Source: an uncultured Verrucomicrobiae bacterium | GTDB taxonomy: Bacteria > Verrucomicrobiota > Verrucomicrobiia > Chthoniobacterales > UBA10450 | Assembly: GCA_963756875.1 (NCBI GenBank) | Contig: CAVWPA010000001.1 | Span: 96,001-160,000 of the forward strand | Direction: 5' to 3' | DNA length: 64,000 nt | In this document: positions 57,218 through 64,000 of the stretch, piece after piece | Layout of the letters: each line of letters opens with the position of its first letter | Position numbering within the stretch: position 1 is the first letter of the stretch | Made by a program: the position numbers and the translations under genes | Notes under the pieces: generated by a model | Database searches by the model: none | What the model saw: only the letters and a program-made list of their open reading frames with translations | Told to the model about the DNA's origin: nothing

Positions 57218-59545
57218 GTGCGCTCTTCTCCAGATTTAAGAATTGCTACTGCGCGGGCGTTTCGTTTTCCTGAACGCGTGCCATCTGCTTATCAAGTCGC
57301 ACCGATTTTTTTGATCCGGATGGCGGGAGTTCCTTTCGAGCGAATTGAACACCTTGCCACTCGGGAGACGGCCGCGACCGCTCGCGAACTGGTCTCGAAG
57401 GTGAATAAATTGAACTCTGAAGACGAAGCACGCCTGCTTACAGCGCTTCAAATCGAACTGGAGAGATCGAGGAAATCGCTTTTTGAGGCCGCGCGCACGG
57501 TCCTTCCGCATTATTTGGTTTTTGCAGGCGAAGGCATGCAGGAGAGAGCAGCCTCTTTGATTGAAGGGCTAGTCACCCAGGACAATACGTTGCCCGCGCG
57601 CAACAGTCGCAATCGGGATCGTGAGCGCCACTTGGTTCTTTATCTTCAACGAATCGCAGCCAAGAACGACACTTTTGGTGAGTTCGGTCCCTCAGGCTGG
57701 GGCAGGATTGACGGCAATCGTACCGGCGTAAAGATCGACGTCGTACCTGGCGTTGCAGCGCGGGAGGTATTTCTCGAACGCTGGACCGCGCACGCGATCG
57801 CCGGCGTTATCAACGCCGATCCTGACATTCAGCCCGAACTTTGTCCGCGGCTGAATCCAAACGGCCGGATTGAAGGGCTAGCTTTCGTTTTTGCCGATTC
57901 CGGCGAAAAAGTGGTGCTGGATCAGGCCACGCTCGATCTCGTCAAACGATGCGATGGGCGAACGCCGGTTCATTCGTTAGGCGTACCGGTCGAGAACATT
58001 TACGCCCTTGTGGAAAAGAAATTCCTGCGCTGCGCGATGGAAGTTCCCGCTCTTGATCCACATGCGTTCGCGATCCTGTGTGATGATGTCAGGAAATGGC
58101 GTGCTGGGCCGGTGCGCGACAAGTGGTTGTCGATATTGCAGCCAATTTCGGAGCTACCGCAGGCGTTTGTCACCGCATCTAAAACGAAAGATCGACATGC
58201 AATTATCGATGAAGCGCGGGCCCGTCTTCTCTCGGCGGGGGCTGTCCACAAGCCGGGCGACCGGTTCTTGTACTCGGCAAGCAACCCGATCGGCGAGGAA
58301 TGTTTTCGTGAATGCGGTATCTCGATCGACGCAGCCTTGATCAATGAGGTCGCGACGGAGGCCGAACCCTGGATCGATTTCTGGCGCGATTCCTACGCCT
58401 TTGTCGCGTCGCGCGTCGCGGGCGGTTTGCGACAGATAATGGAAAAGGCCGGCGCCCAAAATGGACCGATTCCGTTGCCTGCATTTCTCAGTGCCTGCGA
58501 AGCGGCGAAACTCTCGCTTAGCGGTCCGGGACTTGTCGCCTTCGCGGTCATGGCCTTTCAAGAAGTAAAAGCCGCTTTCCGGCAGCGCCTGAAACCACAT
58601 GTCGATTGCGCCGAGTACGAGCTCACGGTCGAAGACTGCCATGTCGTGCGCAATAACTTCCAGTACCCGCTCTTCGACGAATACACATATCCGTCGGCCG
58701 ATCTGCAAATTGCAGCAAAATCTGCTGACGCGATTGCGCGCGGCGATTATCAATGGATTTTGGCCGAATTGCATCCGCCGGCGGCATTGCTGCATCATTG
58801 CATGTATTGGAGTTGTCCGGACAAACCGGCCCTCAACAGGGCGATGGCCAGCGTCGTATTTGGTCGCCCCAATTTTCACTTCGGGTTTTTTGCCGCCGAT
58901 TTTACTTCGCATACGGCAGTACGCTTGTTCGACGCGCTTCCCGAATTTTCCAACTTTGTCGCGCCGCAACGGGGAAATCCAAACTGGCGCACCGTTCCGC
59001 CATCTCAGGCCGAAGTTTATGTCGATCCCGAGAGCGGAGATGTTTGTCTGCGCAAGATCGACAATCAGGAATACCTCGGCTCATTTGCACGGGCCTGGAT
59101 CATTCCGCTCGGTTTCCACCCGTTCCAATTTGGAGTGGCTCCGCAGACGCCGCGGTTGCGGTGCGGTAAAGTGATCGTCCAACGGCGCGCCTGGGTAGTG
59201 ACCGTCGCTGAAATCCCGCCTGGAAATTATACCGGCGTATCGCGCAACCTTGTCCTGGCGATCGAGCGGTTGCGCGCGAAAAGAGATTTGCCGCGCTATA
59301 TTTACATTCGCCCGACCGAACAGGCGCTTCGCCGCAGCGGCGCGGAAGGTCGCGATAAAGACACCAAACCGGTGTTTATCGATCTGGAGAGCTATCTTTT
59401 TCTCGAAATCTTCTATCGCTGGCTTACGAAAGCCGGCGAGTTGGAGGTGACCGAAATGCTCCCGGACCCGGAGCATTTGCCATGGAAAGAGCCGGATGGC
59501 CGGCACACGTTTGAGCTGCGCACGCTCATCGTTCCGCGCGCATGA
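57218..59545 (+). CDS. LanB glutamylation-domain-only protein (PEARL, peptide aminoacyl-tRNA ligase-like)
   Basis: YLQRIAAKNDTFGEFGP, SADLQIAA, LAELHP, PRLRCGKVIVQRRAW, LPRYIYIR, KPVFID and EMLP...GRHTFELR end; no elimination domain. Confidence 0.85.
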   Translation: MRSSPDLRIATARAFRFPERVPSAYQVAPIFLIRMAGVPFERIEHLATRETAATARELVSKVNKLNSEDEARLLTALQIELERSRKSLFEAARTVLPHYLVFAGEGMQERAASLIEGLVTQDNTLPARNSRNRDRERHLVLYLQRIAAKNDTFGEFGPSGWGRIDGNRTGVKIDVVPGVAAREVFLERWTAHAIAGVINADPDIQPELCPRLNPNGRIEGLAFVFADSGEKVVLDQATLDLVKRCDGRTPVHSLGVPVENIYALVEKKFLRCAMEVPALDPHAFAILCDDVRKWRAGPVRDKWLSILQPISELPQAFVTASKTKDRHAIIDEARARLLSAGAVHKPGDRFLYSASNPIGEECFRECGISIDAALINEVATEAEPWIDFWRDSYAFVASRVAGGLRQIMEKAGAQNGPIPLPAFLSACEAAKLSLSGPGLVAFAVMAFQEVKAAFRQRLKPHVDCAEYELTVEDCHVVRNNFQYPLFDEYTYPSADLQIAAKSADAIARGDYQWILAELHPPAALLHHCMYWSCPDKPALNRAMASVVFGRPNFHFGFFAADFTSHTAVRLFDALPEFSNFVAPQRGNPNWRTVPPSQAEVYVDPESGDVCLRKIDNQEYLGSFARAWIIPLGFHPFQFGVAPQTPRLRCGKVIVQRRAWVVTVAEIPPGNYTGVSRNLVLAIERLRAKRDLPRYIYIRPTEQALRRSGAEGRDKDTKPVFIDLESYLFLEIFYRWLTKAGELEVTEMLPDPEHLPWKEPDGRHTFELRTLIVPRA

Positions 59546-59722
59546 AAATTGTCGCCATCGCAAATTCCGGGGAGCGCACGCGCCGCCGCGTGCTGGCGAT
59601 GGCGCCACCGCCATCGCGAACTTTTTCTTCTGAAGGATTTTCTCTTGATCGAACTGGGGATCGATGTCCCTCGGATGTATTCGTGGGCGTCACGACCAAA
59701 TGAAAATTGTCGCCATCGCAAA
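59542..59722 (+). repeat. 23-bp direct repeat of the parA start flanking a palindromic element
   Basis: atgaaaattgtcgccatcgcaaa at 59542-59564 and 59700-59722. Confidence 0.9.
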
Positions 59723-60482
59723 CCAGAAAGGGGGCGTGGGCAAGACCACCACGGCCGTGAACCTGAGTGTAGCACTCGCTGAAAAACGGTTGCGGATTCT
59801 GCTTGTTGACCTCGATCCTCAGGCGAACGCAACCAGTTCGCTCGGGATGCAGGAAAGCGAGGGCGAAAGCATTTACGCTTCGCTGCTGGGCGAAAATTCG
59901 ATTGCTGAAAAAGTGTTGCCCACGCGCATCGATCGCTTGTTTCTTGTGCCTGCCGATCTCGATCTGGCCGGCGCTGAAATCGAGATTGCGCGGATGAGCG
60001 ATCATCTCACGCGGTTGGCTGGGGCTTTATCGATCTTTCGTTCGGACGAAACCTTCGACTTCATCCTGATTGATTGTCCTCCTTCGCTGGGCATTTTGAT
60101 GACGAACGCTCTTGCCGCCGCGGATGAGATCCTGACACCAATCCAGTGCGAATATTTTGCACTGGAAGGTCTGGTAAAAATCGTGCGCGTGGTCGAGCAG
60201 GTGCGCGACTCCGGCGCGAACGATCACGTCGAGATCGGCGGCATCGTGATGACCATGTTCGATAGCCGGACAAATTTGAGCGCGCAGGTCGTCACGGAAG
60301 TTCGCCAGCATTTCGGTCAACGCGTTTATCAAACGGTTATTCCGCGCACGGTTCGCCTCAGCGAAGCGCCCAGCTTTGGCAAATCGATTCTCGAACATGA
60401 CCCGAGTGGGACCGGCGCCAACGCTTACCGCGCTCTGGCGCGCGAATTTATCAAGCGTCACGGCTTGTCAGCCAGCCGGTAG
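59700..60482 (+). CDS. parA: ParA/Soj family ATPase
   Basis: IANQKGGVGKTTT, DLDPQANAT, IDCPPSLG, PIQCEY and EAPSFG motifs. Confidence 0.95.
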   Translation: MKIVAIANQKGGVGKTTTAVNLSVALAEKRLRILLVDLDPQANATSSLGMQESEGESIYASLLGENSIAEKVLPTRIDRLFLVPADLDLAGAEIEIARMSDHLTRLAGALSIFRSDETFDFILIDCPPSLGILMTNALAAADEILTPIQCEYFALEGLVKIVRVVEQVRDSGANDHVEIGGIVMTMFDSRTNLSAQVVTEVRQHFGQRVYQTVIPRTVRLSEAPSFGKSILEHDPSGTGANAYRALAREFIKRHGLSASR

Positions 60483-60587
60483 CAAGTGGCATTGGCTTGC
60501 AGCCAATGTTTCATCGGGCGAGAAATTCAATCCCTGCCGCGCGAAATGAATACGAATACCGCGTGACGTGCGGTTCATAATCGGAGG

Positions 60588-60710
60588 ATGCAAACAGACA
60601 TCAAGGAATACGCGCGACCGGCCACGCCGCCCGACACGTCAAGTCTGGCGACGGTACGTGAGGCCGCATGCGCGTGCGAGGCTTGCCTAAACGATAGCGA
60701 CTCGATCTAA
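60588..60710 (+). pseudogene. N-terminal remnant of a family-4 uracil-DNA glycosylase (UdgX-like)
   Basis: MQTDIKEYARPATPPDTSSLATVREAACACEACL then a stop; SL..VREAA..C.AC matches the first Fe-S ligand pair. Confidence 0.5.
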
Positions 60711-60720
60711 TAGCTCCACG

Positions 60721-61020
60721 ATGAAATTAAGAACCCTATTCAGCGCAGTGGCAGCCTTAAGTCTTGCTCTTAACAGCCTGGCTTTGGCAGCCGGTCCGAA
60801 AACGTATCAAGTGACAGGGCCAGTCCTCGAGATGACTGACACGATGATCACCGTTCAGAAGGGGAAAGACCGATGGGAGATTGCACGCGATTCGGCTACA
60901 AAAGTCACCGGCGACCTGAAAGTCGGCGCGAAAGTGACCATCACCTACACCATGACAGCGACGGATGTGCAGGTGAAAGCCGAGAAAGCCGCGAAAGCCG
61001 CGGGCGCCAAGAAAAAATAG
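60721..61020 (+). CDS. Small secreted protein (OB-like beta fold), hypothetical
   Basis: Signal peptide ending ALA; TYQVTGPV...GDLKVGAKVTITY; Lys/Ala tail. Confidence 0.8.
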   Translation: MKLRTLFSAVAALSLALNSLALAAGPKTYQVTGPVLEMTDTMITVQKGKDRWEIARDSATKVTGDLKVGAKVTITYTMTATDVQVKAEKAAKAAGAKKK

Positions 61021-61071
61021 GCCCGGGCAAAGATCAGTTTCCCGATCGTTTGAGACGGGAGGGAATCGAAA

Positions 61072-61102
61072 CCCGCGGTGGGCTTCGCCACCGCGGGATT
61101 TT
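61072..61102. terminator. Hairpin terminator between convergent genes
   Basis: cccgcggtgg-gcttcg-ccaccgcggg followed by atttt. Confidence 0.65.
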
Positions 61103-61122
61103 GATTGCTTACAGCCGAAGGA

Positions 61123-61629
61123 TTACGGCTTGGCCGAAGCGGATGCTGCGGGAGAGGCTGCCGCGGCTTTCTCCTTCTTTGCGGCTCGCTTTTCCTTGCG
61201 AGCTTCTGCCGCGGCTTTCTCCTCTTCGGTCAACGGCCCGAGTTTCACAGTCCGGGCTTCCAGCGTGCCGTCGGCGTGCTTCCAGTAGGAGCCGCGCGCT
61301 TCCTCGTTTGCGACAACGTCTTTTATCGTTGCGGAATTGCCCGCTTTGGTGAGGACGGTTTTGTCTGTGATCATGAAGACGCGCGACTTCTCCTTGCCGG
61401 CGATGGTGAATGTCTTGGCCTTTGCGTCAACGGCTGAGATCATTCCATGGAAAGGAATGGCTCGCTGCGGTTTTGCCGTTGCCGACGCCGTCGCGCTGGC
61501 GGCCGGCGAAGCACTTGCCCCGGAAGAAGGCGAAGCGGTCTTCTTCGCGCGGGCCGAAGCGGTGAGCGGCAGATTAATCGCAAGCAGTGCGATGACGGCG
61601 AAACTGACAAGTGGTGCTTTGTATTTCAT
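61123..61629 (-). CDS. Secreted hypothetical protein (DUF5666-like beta domain, basic tail)
   Basis: Signal peptide; PFHGMISAVDAKAKTFTI...ITDKT...GTLEARTV. Confidence 0.8.
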   Translation of the reverse strand: MKYKAPLVSFAVIALLAINLPLTASARAKKTASPSSGASASPAASATASATAKPQRAIPFHGMISAVDAKAKTFTIAGKEKSRVFMITDKTVLTKAGNSATIKDVVANEEARGSYWKHADGTLEARTVKLGPLTEEEKAAAEARKEKRAAKKEKAAAASPAASASAKP

Positions 61630-61795
61630 AGTTTTTATTTTTACGGGATTCGTTATCGAGTCCGCCGATATTGACGAGGGCGGACCAGATTCTCTTCAAC
61701 CGATTTAATCGTTTGGCCCAAAGGATGACAATCGCCTTTTTGGCGAAACGCCGGAGACCCGGGCCTCATGCTTGCATTCGGTTCTTTGCCGTGCC

Positions 61796-61878
61796 TGCCG
61801 GGTCGAAGCTCGACACGTTCGTTTGGCAGGGTGAAAGATCCCCCTTCGTCCCGCAGGCGCGGGACTACGGCGCGACAG
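61796..61878. repeat. Imperfect direct repeat (partner at 62212-62286) flanking the GIY-YIG gene
   Basis: tgccgrgtcgaagctcgmcrcgttcgtttggcarggtgaaaga...ccttcg...ctwcggcgcgacag is present in both copies. Confidence 0.8.
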
Positions 61879-61954
61879 CCCCGAAAGCCTTCGGGGCTCA
61901 AGGTAAGGGGATTACGCTCCCGCTAGTGCATCCAATAGTGAAGCCCGCTATGAG

Positions 61955-62200
61955 TCAAAGATGCTTCTTTATGAAGACCCGTCCCGAGGACGACTTCAGA
62001 TAAGCTTCCAAACGCTTTGCGCGGTCCACATTAGAGAATGCAATGTACGTTTTGATCTTCCACGGTTTCCACTTTGATGTGTGGCGGATTTCTCCACTGT
62101 TATGGCGAGCAAATCGTTTACGGAGATTACCTGTGCAGCCCGTATAAAATCGCGCGGGATCGATTTCGCTCTGCAAAATGTACGCGTATGTGAACTTCAT
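61955..62200 (-). CDS. Small GIY-YIG nuclease family protein
   Basis: YAYILQS...FYTGCTGNLRKRFARHNSG...TSKWKPW...LEAYLKS motifs. Confidence 0.9.
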   Translation of the reverse strand: MKFTYAYILQSEIDPARFYTGCTGNLRKRFARHNSGEIRHTSKWKPWKIKTYIAFSNVDRAKRLEAYLKSSSGRVFIKKHL

Positions 62201-62319
62201 ACTGGCTGGCATGCCGAGTCGAAGCTCGCCGCGTTCGTTTGGCAAGGTGAAAGACGTCCGCCTTCGCTATGGCTTCGGCGCGACAGTCTACGCTCTCCGC
62301 CACCGCTGCGAGCGTAGAC

Positions 62320-62392
62320 TGGAGGTAAGGGGATTCGAACCCCTGGCCTTCTCATTGCGAACGAGACGCTCTACCAGCTGAGCTATACCCCC
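62320..62392 (-). tRNA. tRNA-Ala(CGC)
   Basis: gggggta/tacctcc acceptor with G3:U70, tagctcagctggtagagc, anticodon loop ttCGCaa and ggttcgaatcc. Confidence 0.95.
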
Positions 62393-62695
62393 GAAATCTT
62401 TCAACTGCCGAGACTTAACGCGTGAAATCAGCTTGGTCAAAAACCTGCCACCCCACCCGTTTTGCCCCCCCCGATGATTTTCCGTCAGTCCACTCCTGTC
62501 CAGAAAGTCAGGGTCGAACATTGTGAGAATCGGTTCATACTTCATCTCAAAACGCTCAACTGCGAGGGAAAAGTATCAAGGTGGAGCGGGATTTTACAAG
62601 TGAGAAGGGTCGGGTAGAGCATTTTCGTATTGCGATCTTGCTTTACGGTCATGAAAATTATCGCGATGCGCGCATTTGGAGCAATGAGCAAACGC

Positions 62696-63409
62696 TCAAA
62701 GTCGGAAGACAGAGTGTTTGTACTTCAAAAGGTTCAACCGGCTCTGCTCGGGCTGCCGGGTCCTCTCAATTTTGATGCGACGCTCATGGTCTTCGCGCCG
62801 TTTTTGTTCCTCCTCATATTGGCGGTGCCATTCCTCGTGCTCTAGCCGGCGCACTTTGAGTGCGGCTGAGGCTGCCGCCACTCCGTCCAGAAATTCCGCG
62901 AGAACGTCCTCCAAGCGCTACCTCTTTCCATCAGACCACGAGCGGCGCATCCCGCTAGGGAGCCAATCGGTGATTTGCAAGGTGAGCCTCCCACTGTCTT
63001 CGTATTTGAACTTCGGTTTCCAATACGACCATGCTTTTTCCTCTTTTGTGGATGGCAGCTCAATCCGATCCGTTTGCTCCACCATTGAAAAGCTCACTGG
63101 ATCATCTGCGATCTTGATACGGGATCCCTGTTTTTCGTTCTTCCCCTCGACCGCCCACCCGGCCTTTTCAGCTGCCCGAATAATGGCCTCCAAGAGTCGC
63201 AATGCTCGTGGCAGTGCGCTTTTGCTCACGCGCAGATTAAGAATCCCCAATATTGGTTCCGGTGCCGAATAGGGTTCCGTCAGTTTAGGCCGATAAAATT
63301 GTGCCTGGCGCGTTTTGGTTATGATCGGGTGGCAGCCGTGTAGGTCTTCCGGGATTTGAATGTCGTAGTCCATCCCGTCATCCTGAACCAGCGCGGAGAG
63401 TGGAGACAA
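62696..63409 (-). pseudogene. Degraded hypothetical gene with an in-frame TAG at 62918-62920
   Basis: Two ORFs in the same frame read through as WSDGKR*RLEDVLAEF; the 5' end appears truncated. Confidence 0.6.
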
Positions 63410-63490
63410 GGGCCGTTGCTGGCTCAGAGTTCGGGCGGGTAACAGGGAGGGAGCAGGATCGGCACGCCAATGGCTCTACAGAGACGAGAC

Positions 63491-64000
63491 ATGGCCAAAG
63501 TATTCGGCGAAGCAGGTCGCAACGCGGCGGAGCAGTTTCACCTACGCACGAAGCGATTGCTTATTGCCGGATTTACCGGGATCGCAGCTCTCGCTCTTAT
63601 CGGCGGATACGCTATTGGCGCAGCATTCCCGATCCGGGGCTTTCCGCTCACGTGGGTTTTGCTAATCAGCGTCTTAATGGCCGTTCTTATTTGGCTCATC
63701 GGAAAGTGGGCGAGCGACAAGATTGACACGATTGATCGAGAACGAATGGCGTGGCGCAAAGGCGTGATCGGTGAGGCCCTCGTGGCGTTAACGCTTCAAG
63801 AATTGTCAGACAATTTCGTTGTCGTGAACGATGTTTCGAAGCGATTCGCAAATATTGACCATGTAGTGATCGGTCCTACCGGCGTTTACGTGGTGGACGC
63901 GAAGTATTGGAGAGGAACAGTTGAGGCTAACGGACAGGGGGACCTTATGCTCAACGGGCAGGCTTTAGACAAGCCGGCGGTCAAGAGTTTGCTCGGCTCA
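63491..64000 (+). CDS. Membrane-anchored NERD (nuclease-related domain) protein, runs off the window end
   Basis: Own translation: MAKVFGEAG, two TM helices, WRKGVIGEALV, VVVND, NIDHVVIGPTGVYVVDAKYW. Confidence 0.85.
   Translation, partial: MAKVFGEAGRNAAEQFHLRTKRLLIAGFTGIAALALIGGYAIGAAFPIRGFPLTWVLLISVLMAVLIWLIGKWASDKIDTIDRERMAWRKGVIGEALVALTLQELSDNFVVVNDVSKRFANIDHVVIGPTGVYVVDAKYWRGTVEANGQGDLMLNGQALDKPAVKSLLGS

Noticed and set aside
54298..59545. Classical lanthipeptide or type II PKS cluster
   Set aside because: No LanC, elimination domain, precursor, ACP, chain-length factor, cyclase or exporter in the neighbourhood.
59542..59703. 53-aa ORF as the PEARL precursor peptide
   Set aside because: It is built from the duplicated parA start plus repeat sequence and lacks the acidic C-terminal region seen in known PEARL scaffolds.
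62918..62920. Programmed amber readthrough or recoding
   Set aside because: TAG serves as a normal stop in many genes here and the surrounding gene looks degraded; a CAG-to-TAG change or an error is simpler.

Overview
GC-rich bacterial chromosome segment. A PEP-CTERM protein with autotransporter-type beta-strand repeats, tandem PilB/GspE ATPases, an A|FTLIE prepilin and the repeat content suggest Verrucomicrobiota, probably Chthoniobacterales-like (inference only). Most of the window is housekeeping: cmk, plsC, grpE-dnaJ-rsmE, rnhB, rplS, trxA, rimO, ftsK, queE, trpA, dapF-dapA-dapB-folK-panB, T2SS/T4P genes, glmS, glgC, lpxD, parA, tRNA-Arg(CCG) and tRNA-Ala(CGC). Notable points: (1) a 47.7-59.5 kb cluster where a FabF-like ketosynthase keeps the catalytic Cys but has lost both catalytic His residues, overlaps a multi-TM/GAF/PAS sensor kinase, and sits with a second kinase, a hybrid kinase, a single-domain receiver, two sigma54-type promoters and a stand-alone PEARL (LanB glutamylation-domain-only) enzyme; (2) many REP-like palindromes and heptamer arrays, several inserted in frame into core proteins (RsmE, RimO twice, FtsK, TrpA); (3) a 23-bp duplication of the parA start that creates a 53-codon ORF preserving ATGA coupling between the PEARL gene and parA; (4) decayed accessory regions next to both tRNAs. 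Several single-base frameshifts (trxA, an NtrC-like gene, a pilin) may be consensus errors. No database searches were possible; all calls rest on motif recognition.
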